The notes: a model not told the origin generated them from the sequence alone. Positions 37,507-49,253 are shown, numbered from the stretch's first letter. The stretch: DNA of 64,000 nucleotides from Flavobacteriaceae bacterium (GCA_002716845.1 PBCE01000001.1:10592-74591); one strand, 5' to 3'. Translations and numbers: made by a program.

Positions 37507-39336
37507 ATGTATTTTTTGAGAATGAACTTCAGTCTAGTGACTGCTTTTTTCTTTGGATTCTTTTTGCTGGTGTCTTGTGATAAAGACTACCATGCAGCAG
37601 GATCAGAGCTTCTTTCAGAAACAGGATTAGAATCTCAATTGTACGAGGCACCTGTTTTTTCTTACCAAAGAAAAGTAGATTATTTTCAAACCGATGGCCT
37701 CCCTTTGGCCCAACTGGGCAGGATCGAAATCCCTGGTTTAGGAACCACTGAAGCCAGCATCACTGCAAAACTAATATCCGCTATCAATCCTGTTTTTGGG
37801 AAATTCAGCCAGCAAAGTGAAATTGATGGGGATAATACTAACCCTGCCGTTATCAATGAAAATGAAACCATTACCAATGTTTACATAGAAATTCCTTTTT
37901 TTAACAATAGGGACGACAAAGATGCTGATGGCGTTATCGATGCGTTGGACGTAGATCCTGAAGACAGAGATAGCGATACCGATGGCGATGGAGTAAGTGA
38001 TTATAATGAGACTATCGCAAACTTAAACCCACTCAACCAAGACAGTGATGGAGATGGTATTCTGGACAGTGTCGACTTGGACAACAGCAGTTATGAATAC
38101 GAAAATAGCACCTATCAAATTGACTCTATCTATGGAAATCGTGAATCTTCATTTAACCTAAAGGTATATGAGCTCAAATATTTTTTATCAAAATATGACC
38201 CGGCTACCGATTTCGAAAAAGAATCAAACTATTTCTCAAATACAGATTTTTACGAAAGAGGATTTTATGGCGACAAGCTTCATGATGCCCCCGTTCAGTT
38301 AAATTTTGAAGAGCTGCGGTTCTTATATCAATATGACGACCCTGCTACAGAGGATGTGGACGAACGGCAAAAAATCGGCGCGCGCCTCACCCCCAGGATA
38401 AGGGTTCCTTTGGACCACGCATTTTTCCAAGAGAAAATCTTAGATCAGGAAGGACAAACTGTTTTTTCTGACGAAGAAAGTTTTTCTTCGCATTTAAGAG
38501 GATTAATAATTCAAACCGATCAACTTAGCGGTGATCTGTATATGTTGTTGGACATAAGAAATGCACAAATTCGGATCGAGTATGAATACGATGAGGTCGA
38601 CGCAAAAGGCACCGAAACTACTTCAGACAACACCATTTCAAAATCGACAGATACTTTTATGCTACCGTTTGGCCTTCATTTCAATACCATAAGACAAGTG
38701 CAGTTGAGCCCTGAATTGGATCAAGAAATTATGGCCACTCAAGCTAACACACCCTCTCAAAAAATGTACCTCGCTGGAAATGGGATTTTTTCTACCCTAC
38801 GTTTATTTGAGCCAGATCTTGAGGGACGCAACAGATTGGACATGATAAGAGAGAATGATTGGATTATCAATGAAGTTAACATGGTCTTGTATGTAGATCA
38901 ATCCGTTTACAGCGGTCTCGAGTCCACCCTCCTGCCCGACCGTCTTTATTTGTATAAGTATAAAACAGGAGCGCCACTAACCGATTTCAATATCGACAAC
39001 ACCGCCAATAACGAAATAAGAAATAGGGATAAATACATTTATGGTGGAATACTGGAAAAAGATGAAGCCGGGCGCCCCTATCGTTATACTTTCAAAATAA
39101 CAGACCATGTCAATCGTTTGATCAGAAATGACTCGACCAATGTTGAATTAGGCTTGGTTCCCTCCAGCGGTATTAACAACATTAGCTCGAAAAGAGCTGA
39201 ACTTATGGACCAGCAATTTATAAATTACCCCTCCACAGGAATTCTAAATCCCAAAGGCGTTATTCTTCACGGTCACAACAGTCAAAGCAACCCTGCTGGA
39301 GATCTCAAGCTAGAGATTTTTTACACATCCTATTAG
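37507..39336 (+). CDS. DUF4270-like lipoprotein with thrombospondin type-3-like Ca-binding repeats
   Basis: Lipobox LLVSC. An Asp-rich insert reads DKDADGVIDALD / DSDTDGDGVSDYNE / DSDGDGILDSVD (about nt 37911-38085). An alternative start is ATG 37522. Confidence 0.7.
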   Translation: MYFLRMNFSLVTAFFFGFFLLVSCDKDYHAAGSELLSETGLESQLYEAPVFSYQRKVDYFQTDGLPLAQLGRIEIPGLGTTEASITAKLISAINPVFGKFSQQSEIDGDNTNPAVINENETITNVYIEIPFFNNRDDKDADGVIDALDVDPEDRDSDTDGDGVSDYNETIANLNPLNQDSDGDGILDSVDLDNSSYEYENSTYQIDSIYGNRESSFNLKVYELKYFLSKYDPATDFEKESNYFSNTDFYERGFYGDKLHDAPVQLNFEELRFLYQYDDPATEDVDERQKIGARLTPRIRVPLDHAFFQEKILDQEGQTVFSDEESFSSHLRGLIIQTDQLSGDLYMLLDIRNAQIRIEYEYDEVDAKGTETTSDNTISKSTDTFMLPFGLHFNTIRQVQLSPELDQEIMATQANTPSQKMYLAGNGIFSTLRLFEPDLEGRNRLDMIRENDWIINEVNMVLYVDQSVYSGLESTLLPDRLYLYKYKTGAPLTDFNIDNTANNEIRNRDKYIYGGILEKDEAGRPYRYTFKITDHVNRLIRNDSTNVELGLVPSSGINNISSKRAELMDQQFINYPSTGILNPKGVILHGHNSQSNPAGDLKLEIFYTSY

Positions 39337-39369
39337 CATTAAACCCCGCTATTCAAAAGCTTACGAGAG

Positions 39370-39391
39370 AATTATTATTTAAATAATAATT
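39370..39391. repeat. Perfect 22-nt A/T-only palindrome between convergent genes
   Basis: AATTATTATTTAAATAATAATT is its own reverse complement. Confidence 0.8.
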
Positions 39392-39499
39392 ACTGATAAT
39401 AATATAATATTCAATATTTTTAGCTTATAACTATGTATTAATTTCCTACTTATACTTCATAAAAACTTCTCATTCTTAATGGTATATAGTAAAAAACTA

Positions 39500-40540
39500 T
39501 TAATATATTTTATTTGATAGTATTTGTCTAATATAAAGCAAGGCCACACAAGCTACAGCATTGATTAGCGCTATTTTCCATCCCCAAAAAATAGTGCTCA
39601 GTAAAAGAATAAAACCCCACCACAGCGAAAACAATACCAAACCTGCACAAATTTTAATGGAACTATAAAACACAATATCATCAAAAAGTTGTAAGATTTT
39701 CCTTAAGGTAAATAAAGGAGGCTGGTTGGGCAAGGACAATAAACTGATGGTGACTTTTTTCCACCTTTTTATTGCAGAGGGTTTTACAACAGAAAGATTT
39801 TGTTCATGGATACCTTTTTTTAACACATCGAAAGCAAGTTGGGTATTTCCCAAATGAATAAATTTTTTCTTTTGGGTATATTGGTCATCATTATCGGGAA
39901 GCCACATGCATTTTTTCATGGCATCACTCAACTCGGCCCTGATTTTATTGATAACGATAGGCTTTTCAGTATCCCCCGCTTTAAAACGATCCAAGGCTAT
40001 GGGATTACCGAAAACTAAATGAAGGTCACAAAAAGGCTGACTGTGGTGTCCATAATTGATCCCAACAGGAACAATATAAACAGGCTTGTCTGATGCTTCT
40101 TGAGCTTCATAAGCCAATCGGCTACTTCCTTTGGACAAAGATTGGAGATAGTACTCGCTGTGATGAGAGGCTTCAGAAAACATCATTACCCAATGATTAT
40201 TTGAAAGAATACGCTTACATTTTTCAAAAATGGCCTCGTTCTTCTTAAGGCTGGCATAGCCATTCCTGATTCTGTAAACAGGGAGCATACTCAAGGCATC
40301 TAAAAACCACTGAAACGGACCGCCAAAAACATCACTTCGCGTTAGGGATGTTACCCTTTTGTGAATATTACAACCCACCAACAGTGGATCCAGAAACGCC
40401 CCTTGATGGTTCGGGGAAAACAATACCCCCCCTTTTTTGGGAATGTTTTCCAACCCATAAATTTTAATATCTCTAAAATAAAAATGACTGGCAAGCTTAA
40501 AAGTATATTTAATGATTATATAAAAGAGTTTTTTCATCAA
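39500..40540 (-). CDS. Lysophospholipid/glycerol-phosphate acyltransferase-family protein with C-terminal TM segments
   Basis: PlsC-type catalytic block SPNHQGAFLDP and the later FSEASH/PVGINYG blocks. Two hydrophobic helices lie at the C-terminus. Confidence 0.8.
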   Translation of the reverse strand: MMKKLFYIIIKYTFKLASHFYFRDIKIYGLENIPKKGGVLFSPNHQGAFLDPLLVGCNIHKRVTSLTRSDVFGGPFQWFLDALSMLPVYRIRNGYASLKKNEAIFEKCKRILSNNHWVMMFSEASHHSEYYLQSLSKGSSRLAYEAQEASDKPVYIVPVGINYGHHSQPFCDLHLVFGNPIALDRFKAGDTEKPIVINKIRAELSDAMKKCMWLPDNDDQYTQKKKFIHLGNTQLAFDVLKKGIHEQNLSVVKPSAIKRWKKVTISLLSLPNQPPLFTLRKILQLFDDIVFYSSIKICAGLVLFSLWWGFILLLSTIFWGWKIALINAVACVALLYIRQILSNKIY

Positions 40541-40759
40541 GCTGTTGTTATAATAGCATATGGCTCATAAACGGTTCCTTAAAATCATACTAAATAATCA
40601 TTGCATACAATTTAATAAAAACAAAAAATATAGGAGTGTATTGCCCTGTCAGATATAGAAATTTTTTAGAAGCTTATTTTTTTTATTATATTGAATGGTT
40701 TGTTAGCTGGTAACGGTCACAATATAAAAATGGTGAAAAAACAATTAAAACCCTTTTAA

Positions 40760-42436
40760 ATGAACAAGCAAGAGATATTTGATTTTAAGTTTTATGAATG
40801 GGAAAAGAAATTTCACGATCGCCCATTTTTAAAACAACCTTTTGGAGATCGATGGGAAACCTACTCCTGGTCTGAAGCAGGCCAAATGGCCAGAAAATTA
40901 GCTACAGGGCTAAAGTCCTTAGGATTGAGAAAAAATGCCCATATAGGTTTAATTTCAAAAAATTGCCGCGAGTGGATAATCGCTGATTTGGCCATCATGA
41001 TGGCAGGCTATATTTCGGTTCCGTTTTTCCCTTCTTTAAAGGGAGAAGAGTTGGAGTTTTTATTGGATTTTGGTGATGTTGACCTTCTGTTTGTAGGAAA
41101 AATAGAAACTTGGGAGGATATAAAAGATCACATCCCTAAAAATCTCCCCTTAATTACATTTCCACAATACAAAGGGTGTTCAAAAGTGGATCGAGGACAG
41201 GAGTGGTTTAATTTTATCGACCACCACCAATCCCTTCAAAACCCTCATACACCTGAGCTTTCAGATATTTGGACCATTATTTTCACTTCAGGGACTACGG
41301 GAAACCCAAAAGGAGTAGAGCTGTCTTTTTTGGCTTTGGATCAGACCAAAATCATAACAGAACAAGTAAATCCATTAAAGATCGATTTTTCTGGTAATAA
41401 TGACTTTATCTCCTATCTTCCACTCAACCACATTGCCGAACGCGTGGTAGTGGAGCATGTTTGTCTACGTTTTGGTGGGTCACTTTCATTCGTGGAATCA
41501 TTGGATACATTTGCAAAAAACCTCAAAGAAATACAACCTCACGTGTTTTTTGCAGCACCACGGATATGGACAAAATTCCAGTTGGGGATATTGGGAAAAA
41601 TCCCTCAAAAAAAATTGAATGTTTTATTGAAAATCCCAATTTTATCCGGTTTTATAAAGCGTAAACTAAAAATGAATTTAGGCTTGAGCAGGGCCAGATC
41701 AACAGTTTCAGGATCTGCCCCACTGCAACTCTCCGTCATAGAATGGTTTAAAAGGGTTGACGTCTTTATTACCAATGGCTATGGCATGACTGAAAATTGT
41801 GCCATTTGTACTCAAGTTGATGGCAGGGATTTCGACAAACTCAAATCTGTTGGTAAACCTCAATGTGGGGTGGAAGTAAAAATTGATCCCTCAAATGATG
41901 AAATCCTTATGCGCGGTCCATTTGTAATGGATGGCTACTATAAAAATGAAAAGCTAACAAAAGAAACATTAGTAGATGACTGGCTCAGAACCGGAGACAA
42001 AGGCCGTTTGGACGAAGACAACTATTTGTATGTAACCGGCAGGGTTGTTGACAGCTTTAAAACATCAAAAGGAAAATTTATTGAACCGCTGACCCTTGAA
42101 AAATATTTTGGTAGAATTGAAGAATTGGAGGAAGTTTGTGTAACAGGGAGAGGAATGCCACAACCTATTGCCATTGCCCAATTATCTGAGATTGGTAAAA
42201 CTCTTCAAACAGACGAAATTATAGAGTTTTTACATGAAAAATTAAAGGTAATCAATGCGGGCTTGGTGAACTATAAGAAACTCTCTACCCTTGTCCTGGC
42301 CAAAGAGCCTTGGACCGAGGACAATAAAATTTTGGGGCCAACACTAAAAATTAAAAGAGACAACGTAGAGAAAATGTATGGAGGGAAATATAAATCTTGG
42401 TATGAAGACAAAGAGAGCGTTTTATTCGAAAAATAG
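40760..42436 (+). CDS. AMP-dependent synthetase / long-chain-fatty-acid--CoA ligase family
   Basis: AMP-binding signature IIFTSGTTGNPKGV, plus WLRTGDKG and LGPTLKIKR blocks. Confidence 0.88.
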   Translation: MNKQEIFDFKFYEWEKKFHDRPFLKQPFGDRWETYSWSEAGQMARKLATGLKSLGLRKNAHIGLISKNCREWIIADLAIMMAGYISVPFFPSLKGEELEFLLDFGDVDLLFVGKIETWEDIKDHIPKNLPLITFPQYKGCSKVDRGQEWFNFIDHHQSLQNPHTPELSDIWTIIFTSGTTGNPKGVELSFLALDQTKIITEQVNPLKIDFSGNNDFISYLPLNHIAERVVVEHVCLRFGGSLSFVESLDTFAKNLKEIQPHVFFAAPRIWTKFQLGILGKIPQKKLNVLLKIPILSGFIKRKLKMNLGLSRARSTVSGSAPLQLSVIEWFKRVDVFITNGYGMTENCAICTQVDGRDFDKLKSVGKPQCGVEVKIDPSNDEILMRGPFVMDGYYKNEKLTKETLVDDWLRTGDKGRLDEDNYLYVTGRVVDSFKTSKGKFIEPLTLEKYFGRIEELEEVCVTGRGMPQPIAIAQLSEIGKTLQTDEIIEFLHEKLKVINAGLVNYKKLSTLVLAKEPWTEDNKILGPTLKIKRDNVEKMYGGKYKSWYEDKESVLFEK

Positions 42437-42561
42437 TATATTTACCAATGGACTTGTAAATTATTATTTGTATCACAATAATTTTATTTTCCCAAAAGAG
42501 CTAATAAAATAAAAACCACCAAGTTTAAAAAACTAATTTATCCGAAACTAAACAATTAATT

Positions 42562-45462
42562 ATGAAAAAACTAACTATGCTGAGAACCATATTTACTATG
42601 GCTCTGGTATTAAGCGTCAGCTTTTTGCATGCTCAAAATACAGTAAATGGTGTTGTTGTAGACCAGGAAAATGGTCAACCACTCCCTGGTGTTAACATTC
42701 TTGTAAAAGGCAGTTTTAACGGGGTATCAGCCGATTTTGACGGTAATTTTACCCTCACTACCGATCAGGAATTTCCAATTACCTTGGAAGTAAGTTATTT
42801 AGGATTTAAGACCCAGATTATCAAAGTGGGCTCCTCACAAGACAAGCTTAGTATTTCTCTCGCACCTGGCAGTGATGCGTTGGACGAAATTGTGGTTGCA
42901 GCCTCAAGATATGCCCAAAAAATCTTTGAATCTCCTATTACGATTGAAAAATACGGGGCAGTAAGAATAAGCCAATCTCCAGCTGCAGATTATTTTAATG
43001 GTCTCGAAAACGTGAAAGGTATTCAACTTCAACAAGGAGGTTTGATGTTAAATCAAGTAGTAACAAGAGGTTTTGCAACAGTTTATAATGAGGGATTTGT
43101 CACCTTAGTTGACATGATGAACAATATGTCTCCGTTATTTGGCTTTGCAATGGGAAATTTAGTCGGATTAAATGAATTAGATGTACAAAGTGTTGAAGTA
43201 ATTCCTGGTCCAGCTTCCGCTTTGTATGGAGCCGATGCCTACAAGGGAATAATGTTCCTTAACAGTAAAAATCCCTTTGAGCACGAAGGAATAAGTGCGT
43301 ATTATAGAACTGGGGTCACAGACCAAGAAGTTGCAGGGCAAAATCCTTTCACCGACATAGGTGTAAGATTGGCTACAAAACTGGGTGATAAATGGGCAAT
43401 CAAAGCGTCATTGAATCACAAAAAAGGAACCGAATGGATGCCCGCGGATTATTCACATCAGCCCATTGTTGGACAAGAAACGGATCCAAATTATTCAAAA
43501 GATGCATCCGATTACAATGGTTTAAATATCTATGGTGAAAGATCATTTCCCAGTGCTTTCACATGGCAACTCGTAGGACTACTGAACCCTGCAGCAGGAG
43601 CACTTGCTTCGGCTGCCCCTAATTATTTTGATACTGTAATGAGTACAGGATATATGGACAGAGAAATGGTTTCAAATAATGCTGAAAACACCAGAGGGTT
43701 ATTCGCCATCCATTTCCGTCCTGATAATAAAACTGAAGTAAGTTTAACCTCACTCATCGGTGGAGGTGACTCACCACTTCAAGGATTCGGCCGATATGCC
43801 ATCAAAGGATTCCAGATTGAACAACATAAACTCCAAATCGATAGTGGTAGGCTAAACTTCCGAGCATACTATACCAGAGAGCAAGACGGAGACAGCTATC
43901 AACTGTCTGCTGCTGGAGCTATTGTAGCAAACCATCCAACCTCCAACCCTGCAGATTTGAGCTCAGTAGGATTAGGAACCTTTAGTGGGTATCAAGGTTG
44001 GTTTACTAATTACAACCTCACTTACATGGGTGCCCTTGCTCAGGCCAATGGTCTACCGCCTAATTTGCTCGGAATTGGAGGACTGATCCAAAATGTTGTT
44101 GCTCCTCACATTATGACAGGAGGGAGCTCTATCAATCAGCTGAGTGGATTACCTGGAGGAAATACCAATTTTGCTCATATAGCTGCCAGAACTGCAGCGA
44201 ATCAAGGGATGTTAAAGCCCGGAAGTGCAGCCTTCGAAGCAGCTTTTAATGGTGCCATTTCTACAAACCTCCCAGTGGTTAACGGAGGTTCTGGAATTTT
44301 TGATGATACAAAAACTTATAATTATGAGTTAAATTATGATTTATCTGGTTTGACCGAGAAAACAGATTTCCTGGTTGGCGGATCTATGAGGAAAACAGAG
44401 CTCAACTCAAAGGGTACTATATACTCGGATCAGAATGGACCCATTGAATATAACGAGCTTGGCGCCTATGTTCAAGGCGTGACAAGATTATTTAGTGACA
44501 GAGTTAACCTTACAACTTCTATTAGATTAGATAAGCATGAATTTTTCGATGCTAATATCACCCCAAGGTTAGCCGCACTGATAAAAATCGATGAGAATCA
44601 AAACTTTAGAGTTTCTTACCAAACAGGATTTAGAAACCCAACTAACCAAGACCAATATATCGGTCTTTTTGCCGGTGACGTAACTCTATTCGGAACTTCA
44701 AAGGACAATATTGGCAGATACAATGGAACTGTTGTTTTGTCCAATGGGACTCCATTCCAATATACGGGGGATTTTGTATTCAATAATGCCTACACATTGT
44801 CTGGTGAAACTATAAACTTAGAAAATGTACACGCTGAGAGAATAACATCATATGACCTTGGTTATAGATACCAGAAATCTGGTTTTAGTTTTGATATTTC
44901 CGCCTATTACAGTATTTACAACGATAAGATAGGATCAACAGATGTATATGTTCCTGCCATTGGTTTAGCCGGTGTTACTTTACAAAACTTTCTTCAAACA
45001 GGTAGTTTCGCAATCTATCAAGCAGATTCAAACGCTGACGTTGACATGAAAACATATGGTATGAGTGCTGAAATGATCAAAAAACTATCTAATAAATTCA
45101 CTATGAATGTCATTTACGATTACAACAAACTCGATTACAATCCTGCTGTAGGTTCAACTTTCGAAGCATCATTCAATACTCCTGAGCACAATATCAAGGC
45201 TGGACTATTAGGAGACTTTGATCAATTTAGTTTTAATCTGTCAGGACGTTATACTTCGGAATACCTCTACGAAGCTTCCTTTGTTGATGGGATAATTGAT
45301 GCCAGAACTGTCGTGGACGCTCAAGTGACTTACGAACTCCCCTCTTTAAACACTACCCTCAAAGTGGGTGGAAATAATATTACAGGAAAAGAATATTTCA
45401 GTGTGCTTGGGGGAGGAAAAATAGGATCTATCTATTACGCTTCAATTAATTTTGACTTCTAA
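42562..45462 (+). CDS. TonB-dependent receptor (large, CarboxypepD_reg N-terminus, Gly/Ala-rich surface insertion)
   Basis: 966 aa with a signal peptide. GVVVDQENGQPLPGVNILVKG fold, a plug (VEVIPGPASALYGADA) and a terminal aromatic (NFDF). Confidence 0.88.
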   Translation: MKKLTMLRTIFTMALVLSVSFLHAQNTVNGVVVDQENGQPLPGVNILVKGSFNGVSADFDGNFTLTTDQEFPITLEVSYLGFKTQIIKVGSSQDKLSISLAPGSDALDEIVVAASRYAQKIFESPITIEKYGAVRISQSPAADYFNGLENVKGIQLQQGGLMLNQVVTRGFATVYNEGFVTLVDMMNNMSPLFGFAMGNLVGLNELDVQSVEVIPGPASALYGADAYKGIMFLNSKNPFEHEGISAYYRTGVTDQEVAGQNPFTDIGVRLATKLGDKWAIKASLNHKKGTEWMPADYSHQPIVGQETDPNYSKDASDYNGLNIYGERSFPSAFTWQLVGLLNPAAGALASAAPNYFDTVMSTGYMDREMVSNNAENTRGLFAIHFRPDNKTEVSLTSLIGGGDSPLQGFGRYAIKGFQIEQHKLQIDSGRLNFRAYYTREQDGDSYQLSAAGAIVANHPTSNPADLSSVGLGTFSGYQGWFTNYNLTYMGALAQANGLPPNLLGIGGLIQNVVAPHIMTGGSSINQLSGLPGGNTNFAHIAARTAANQGMLKPGSAAFEAAFNGAISTNLPVVNGGSGIFDDTKTYNYELNYDLSGLTEKTDFLVGGSMRKTELNSKGTIYSDQNGPIEYNELGAYVQGVTRLFSDRVNLTTSIRLDKHEFFDANITPRLAALIKIDENQNFRVSYQTGFRNPTNQDQYIGLFAGDVTLFGTSKDNIGRYNGTVVLSNGTPFQYTGDFVFNNAYTLSGETINLENVHAERITSYDLGYRYQKSGFSFDISAYYSIYNDKIGSTDVYVPAIGLAGVTLQNFLQTGSFAIYQADSNADVDMKTYGMSAEMIKKLSNKFTMNVIYDYNKLDYNPAVGSTFEASFNTPEHNIKAGLLGDFDQFSFNLSGRYTSEYLYEASFVDGIIDARTVVDAQVTYELPSLNTTLKVGGNNITGKEYFSVLGGGKIGSIYYASINFDF

Positions 45463-45487
45463 TTTCTAAGTGTAAATTTATTTAACT

Positions 45488-45517
45488 AAGGCATCCACAT
45501 ATGGATGCCTTTTTTTG
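45488..45517 (+). terminator. Rho-independent terminator after the TonB receptor
   Basis: AAGGCATCC (45488-45496), loop ACATAT, GGATGCCTT (45503-45511), then a T-run. Confidence 0.8.
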
Positions 45518-45573
45518 TAAAGTGGGATTGTGATTATTACTTTTTACTATATATTTACACATTAAAATTCTAA

Positions 45574-47096
<1,523 letters not shown>

Positions 47097-47097
<1 letters not shown>

Positions 47098-47375
47098 TGC
47101 ATTTAGAAATCGTATCTCCCGAAGCCACTTTATTCAGTGGAGAAGTTTCCTCCGTAACCGTCCCAGGGAGCGCAGGCTCCTTTCAAATGTTAAATGATCA
47201 TGCTCCCATCGTTTCTACACTAAAACAAGGCACTGTGACCATTAATGGAAAAATAGAAGTACAGGATGCCTTTAAGGCCAAATTCAAGCAAATGAGCTCT
47301 GATATAACCCTTTTTAAAATTAGTGCTGGAACGGTTGAAATGAAGAACAACAAAATGATTCTACTCGCGGATTAG
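47097..47375 (+). CDS. atpC: F0F1 ATP synthase subunit epsilon
   Basis: 92 aa with a TAATG overlap with atpD. LEIVSPEATLFSGEV is an epsilon N-terminus. Confidence 0.9.
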
Positions 47376-47408
47376 CCTTCACTCAGCCTACCTAAACTAC
47401 ACCCACAG

Positions 47409-49253
47409 ATGAAAAAAAATTGCGCGGCTGCTTTTCTCAGTCTTGTCTCTTATTTAAACCCTCTAAATGCGCAGCTCGATTCACCATCAGACTCACTCTT
47501 CAACCAAAAATTAGAAGAAGTATTTCTTTCCTCCAACCGTTTGGAAACAACACTTACCCAAAATTCTAAAACAATAAACATAATCACCGCGGATCAAATC
47601 CGAAAAAGTGGGGTCACACATCTCGTAGACATATTACAACAAATCGGAGGAGTCGATATTCAAAGAAGAGGTACAGGACCCACACAAGCCGATCTAAAAA
47701 TCAGAGGAGGAACCTTTGATCAAACACTTTTACTTATCGACGGAATCAAATTAGACGATGCGCAAACTGGTCATCACACCCTCAACTTTTTGCCGCCACC
47801 CCAAATGGTAGCCCGAATAGAAATTATCAAAGGACCCGCGGCAAGGGCCTACGGTCAGAATGCTTTAACAGGAGCTATTAATATAGTAACCCAAACAGAA
47901 ACGCCGAAAATGCTCTCGGTCGACCTACAACACGGCAGCTATGATCAAACAAATGGATCCTTGTATGTCAGTGACACTAAAGAAAAAACCAGTTTAATAG
48001 GATTTGTCTCCAAAAATACTTCAGACGGCTATCGCTACAATTCGGACTACAATCACAATCAATACTTTGTAAAATCCAGTTTTAACCGACACAAAACACC
48101 CTTACACATGATTACCTCATTTTCAGACAGAAAATTTGGTGCCAACGGTTTCTATGCTTCTCCCTCGGCAGTGGATCAGTATGAGGAAACACAGGGGAGT
48201 TTGGTCTCCCTGTCCCAAAGACACCAATTGGGAAACTGGATATTTAAACCCAAGTTATATTGGCGCAGAGGCCAAGATATGTACGAGTACATTCGCAATA
48301 ATCCCAAAATATACCGGAACCTTCATATTACCCATAAAGTGGGTGGTGCCTTGGATGTTTCTTTACCCTCTAAGTTGGGCATAACAGGGGTGGGTGTTGA
48401 TATCTCCAAAGTCAGTATTCGGAGTAATAATTTAGGTAATCGCAAAAGGACCATGATGAACTTCTTTTTGGAGCACCGTTTTTATTTTTTTGATAATACA
48501 CTCGACATTACCCCAGGGATTTCCATCAACTATTTTTCTGATTTTGGTACGCATAGCTTTCCAGGGGTTGACCTGGGATGGCAATTGAACTCCAATGTAA
48601 GGGTATATGCCAATGCAGGCGCTACTTTCCGAATCCCTACATTTACGGATCTGTTCTATTCAGATCCCTCTACTTTGGGCAATGCCAACCTCAAACCAGA
48701 AGAGGCCAATACCAAAGAAGTCGGTATCCGATTTACAAAATCAAAGGTTACTGCATCGGTTGCCTATTTCAACAGAAAATCAAAAAACCTGATTGACTTT
48801 GTCAAAAATAGTGATGACAGCAGTGTTCCTTTTATGGCCCAGAATATTCAAGAAGTCACCACCAATGGAATTGATTTGGAACTCCTGCACCACCTAAAAT
48901 TCAACTCACAGCTCCACCAGTTCAAAATCAATTATTCTTATTTAAATAATTCACTCGAAAAAAGCGACTACAGCTTTTCTCGATATTCCATTAACAATGA
49001 TTTAAAACACCACATTACTGGGACCTACAATCTGGCCCTTTCCCAAGTATTTGACACCTTAATTGCACTAAAATATGTTGAGCGTAATTCTGGAATCGTC
49101 TACAGGGTGGTGGATATTTCTGCCCAATTGACATTGCGACAGTTTCTTCTCAGTTTTTATTTTAATAATATTTTTAACACCCGATACTGGGAATCCAACT
49201 TGGTGCCCATGCCCAAGGGAAACGGGCTAATAGGGGTTCGCTATTCTTTATGA
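47409..49253 (+). CDS. TonB-dependent receptor (BtuB/siderophore-size, 614 aa)
   Basis: Plug blocks GVDIQRRGTGPTQADLKIRGGTFDQTLLLIDGIKLDD and IEIIKGPAARAYGQNALTGAINIV. The barrel follows. Confidence 0.88.
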   Translation: MKKNCAAAFLSLVSYLNPLNAQLDSPSDSLFNQKLEEVFLSSNRLETTLTQNSKTINIITADQIRKSGVTHLVDILQQIGGVDIQRRGTGPTQADLKIRGGTFDQTLLLIDGIKLDDAQTGHHTLNFLPPPQMVARIEIIKGPAARAYGQNALTGAINIVTQTETPKMLSVDLQHGSYDQTNGSLYVSDTKEKTSLIGFVSKNTSDGYRYNSDYNHNQYFVKSSFNRHKTPLHMITSFSDRKFGANGFYASPSAVDQYEETQGSLVSLSQRHQLGNWIFKPKLYWRRGQDMYEYIRNNPKIYRNLHITHKVGGALDVSLPSKLGITGVGVDISKVSIRSNNLGNRKRTMMNFFLEHRFYFFDNTLDITPGISINYFSDFGTHSFPGVDLGWQLNSNVRVYANAGATFRIPTFTDLFYSDPSTLGNANLKPEEANTKEVGIRFTKSKVTASVAYFNRKSKNLIDFVKNSDDSSVPFMAQNIQEVTTNGIDLELLHHLKFNSQLHQFKINYSYLNNSLEKSDYSFSRYSINNDLKHHITGTYNLALSQVFDTLIALKYVERNSGIVYRVVDISAQLTLRQFLLSFYFNNIFNTRYWESNLVPMPKGNGLIGVRYSL

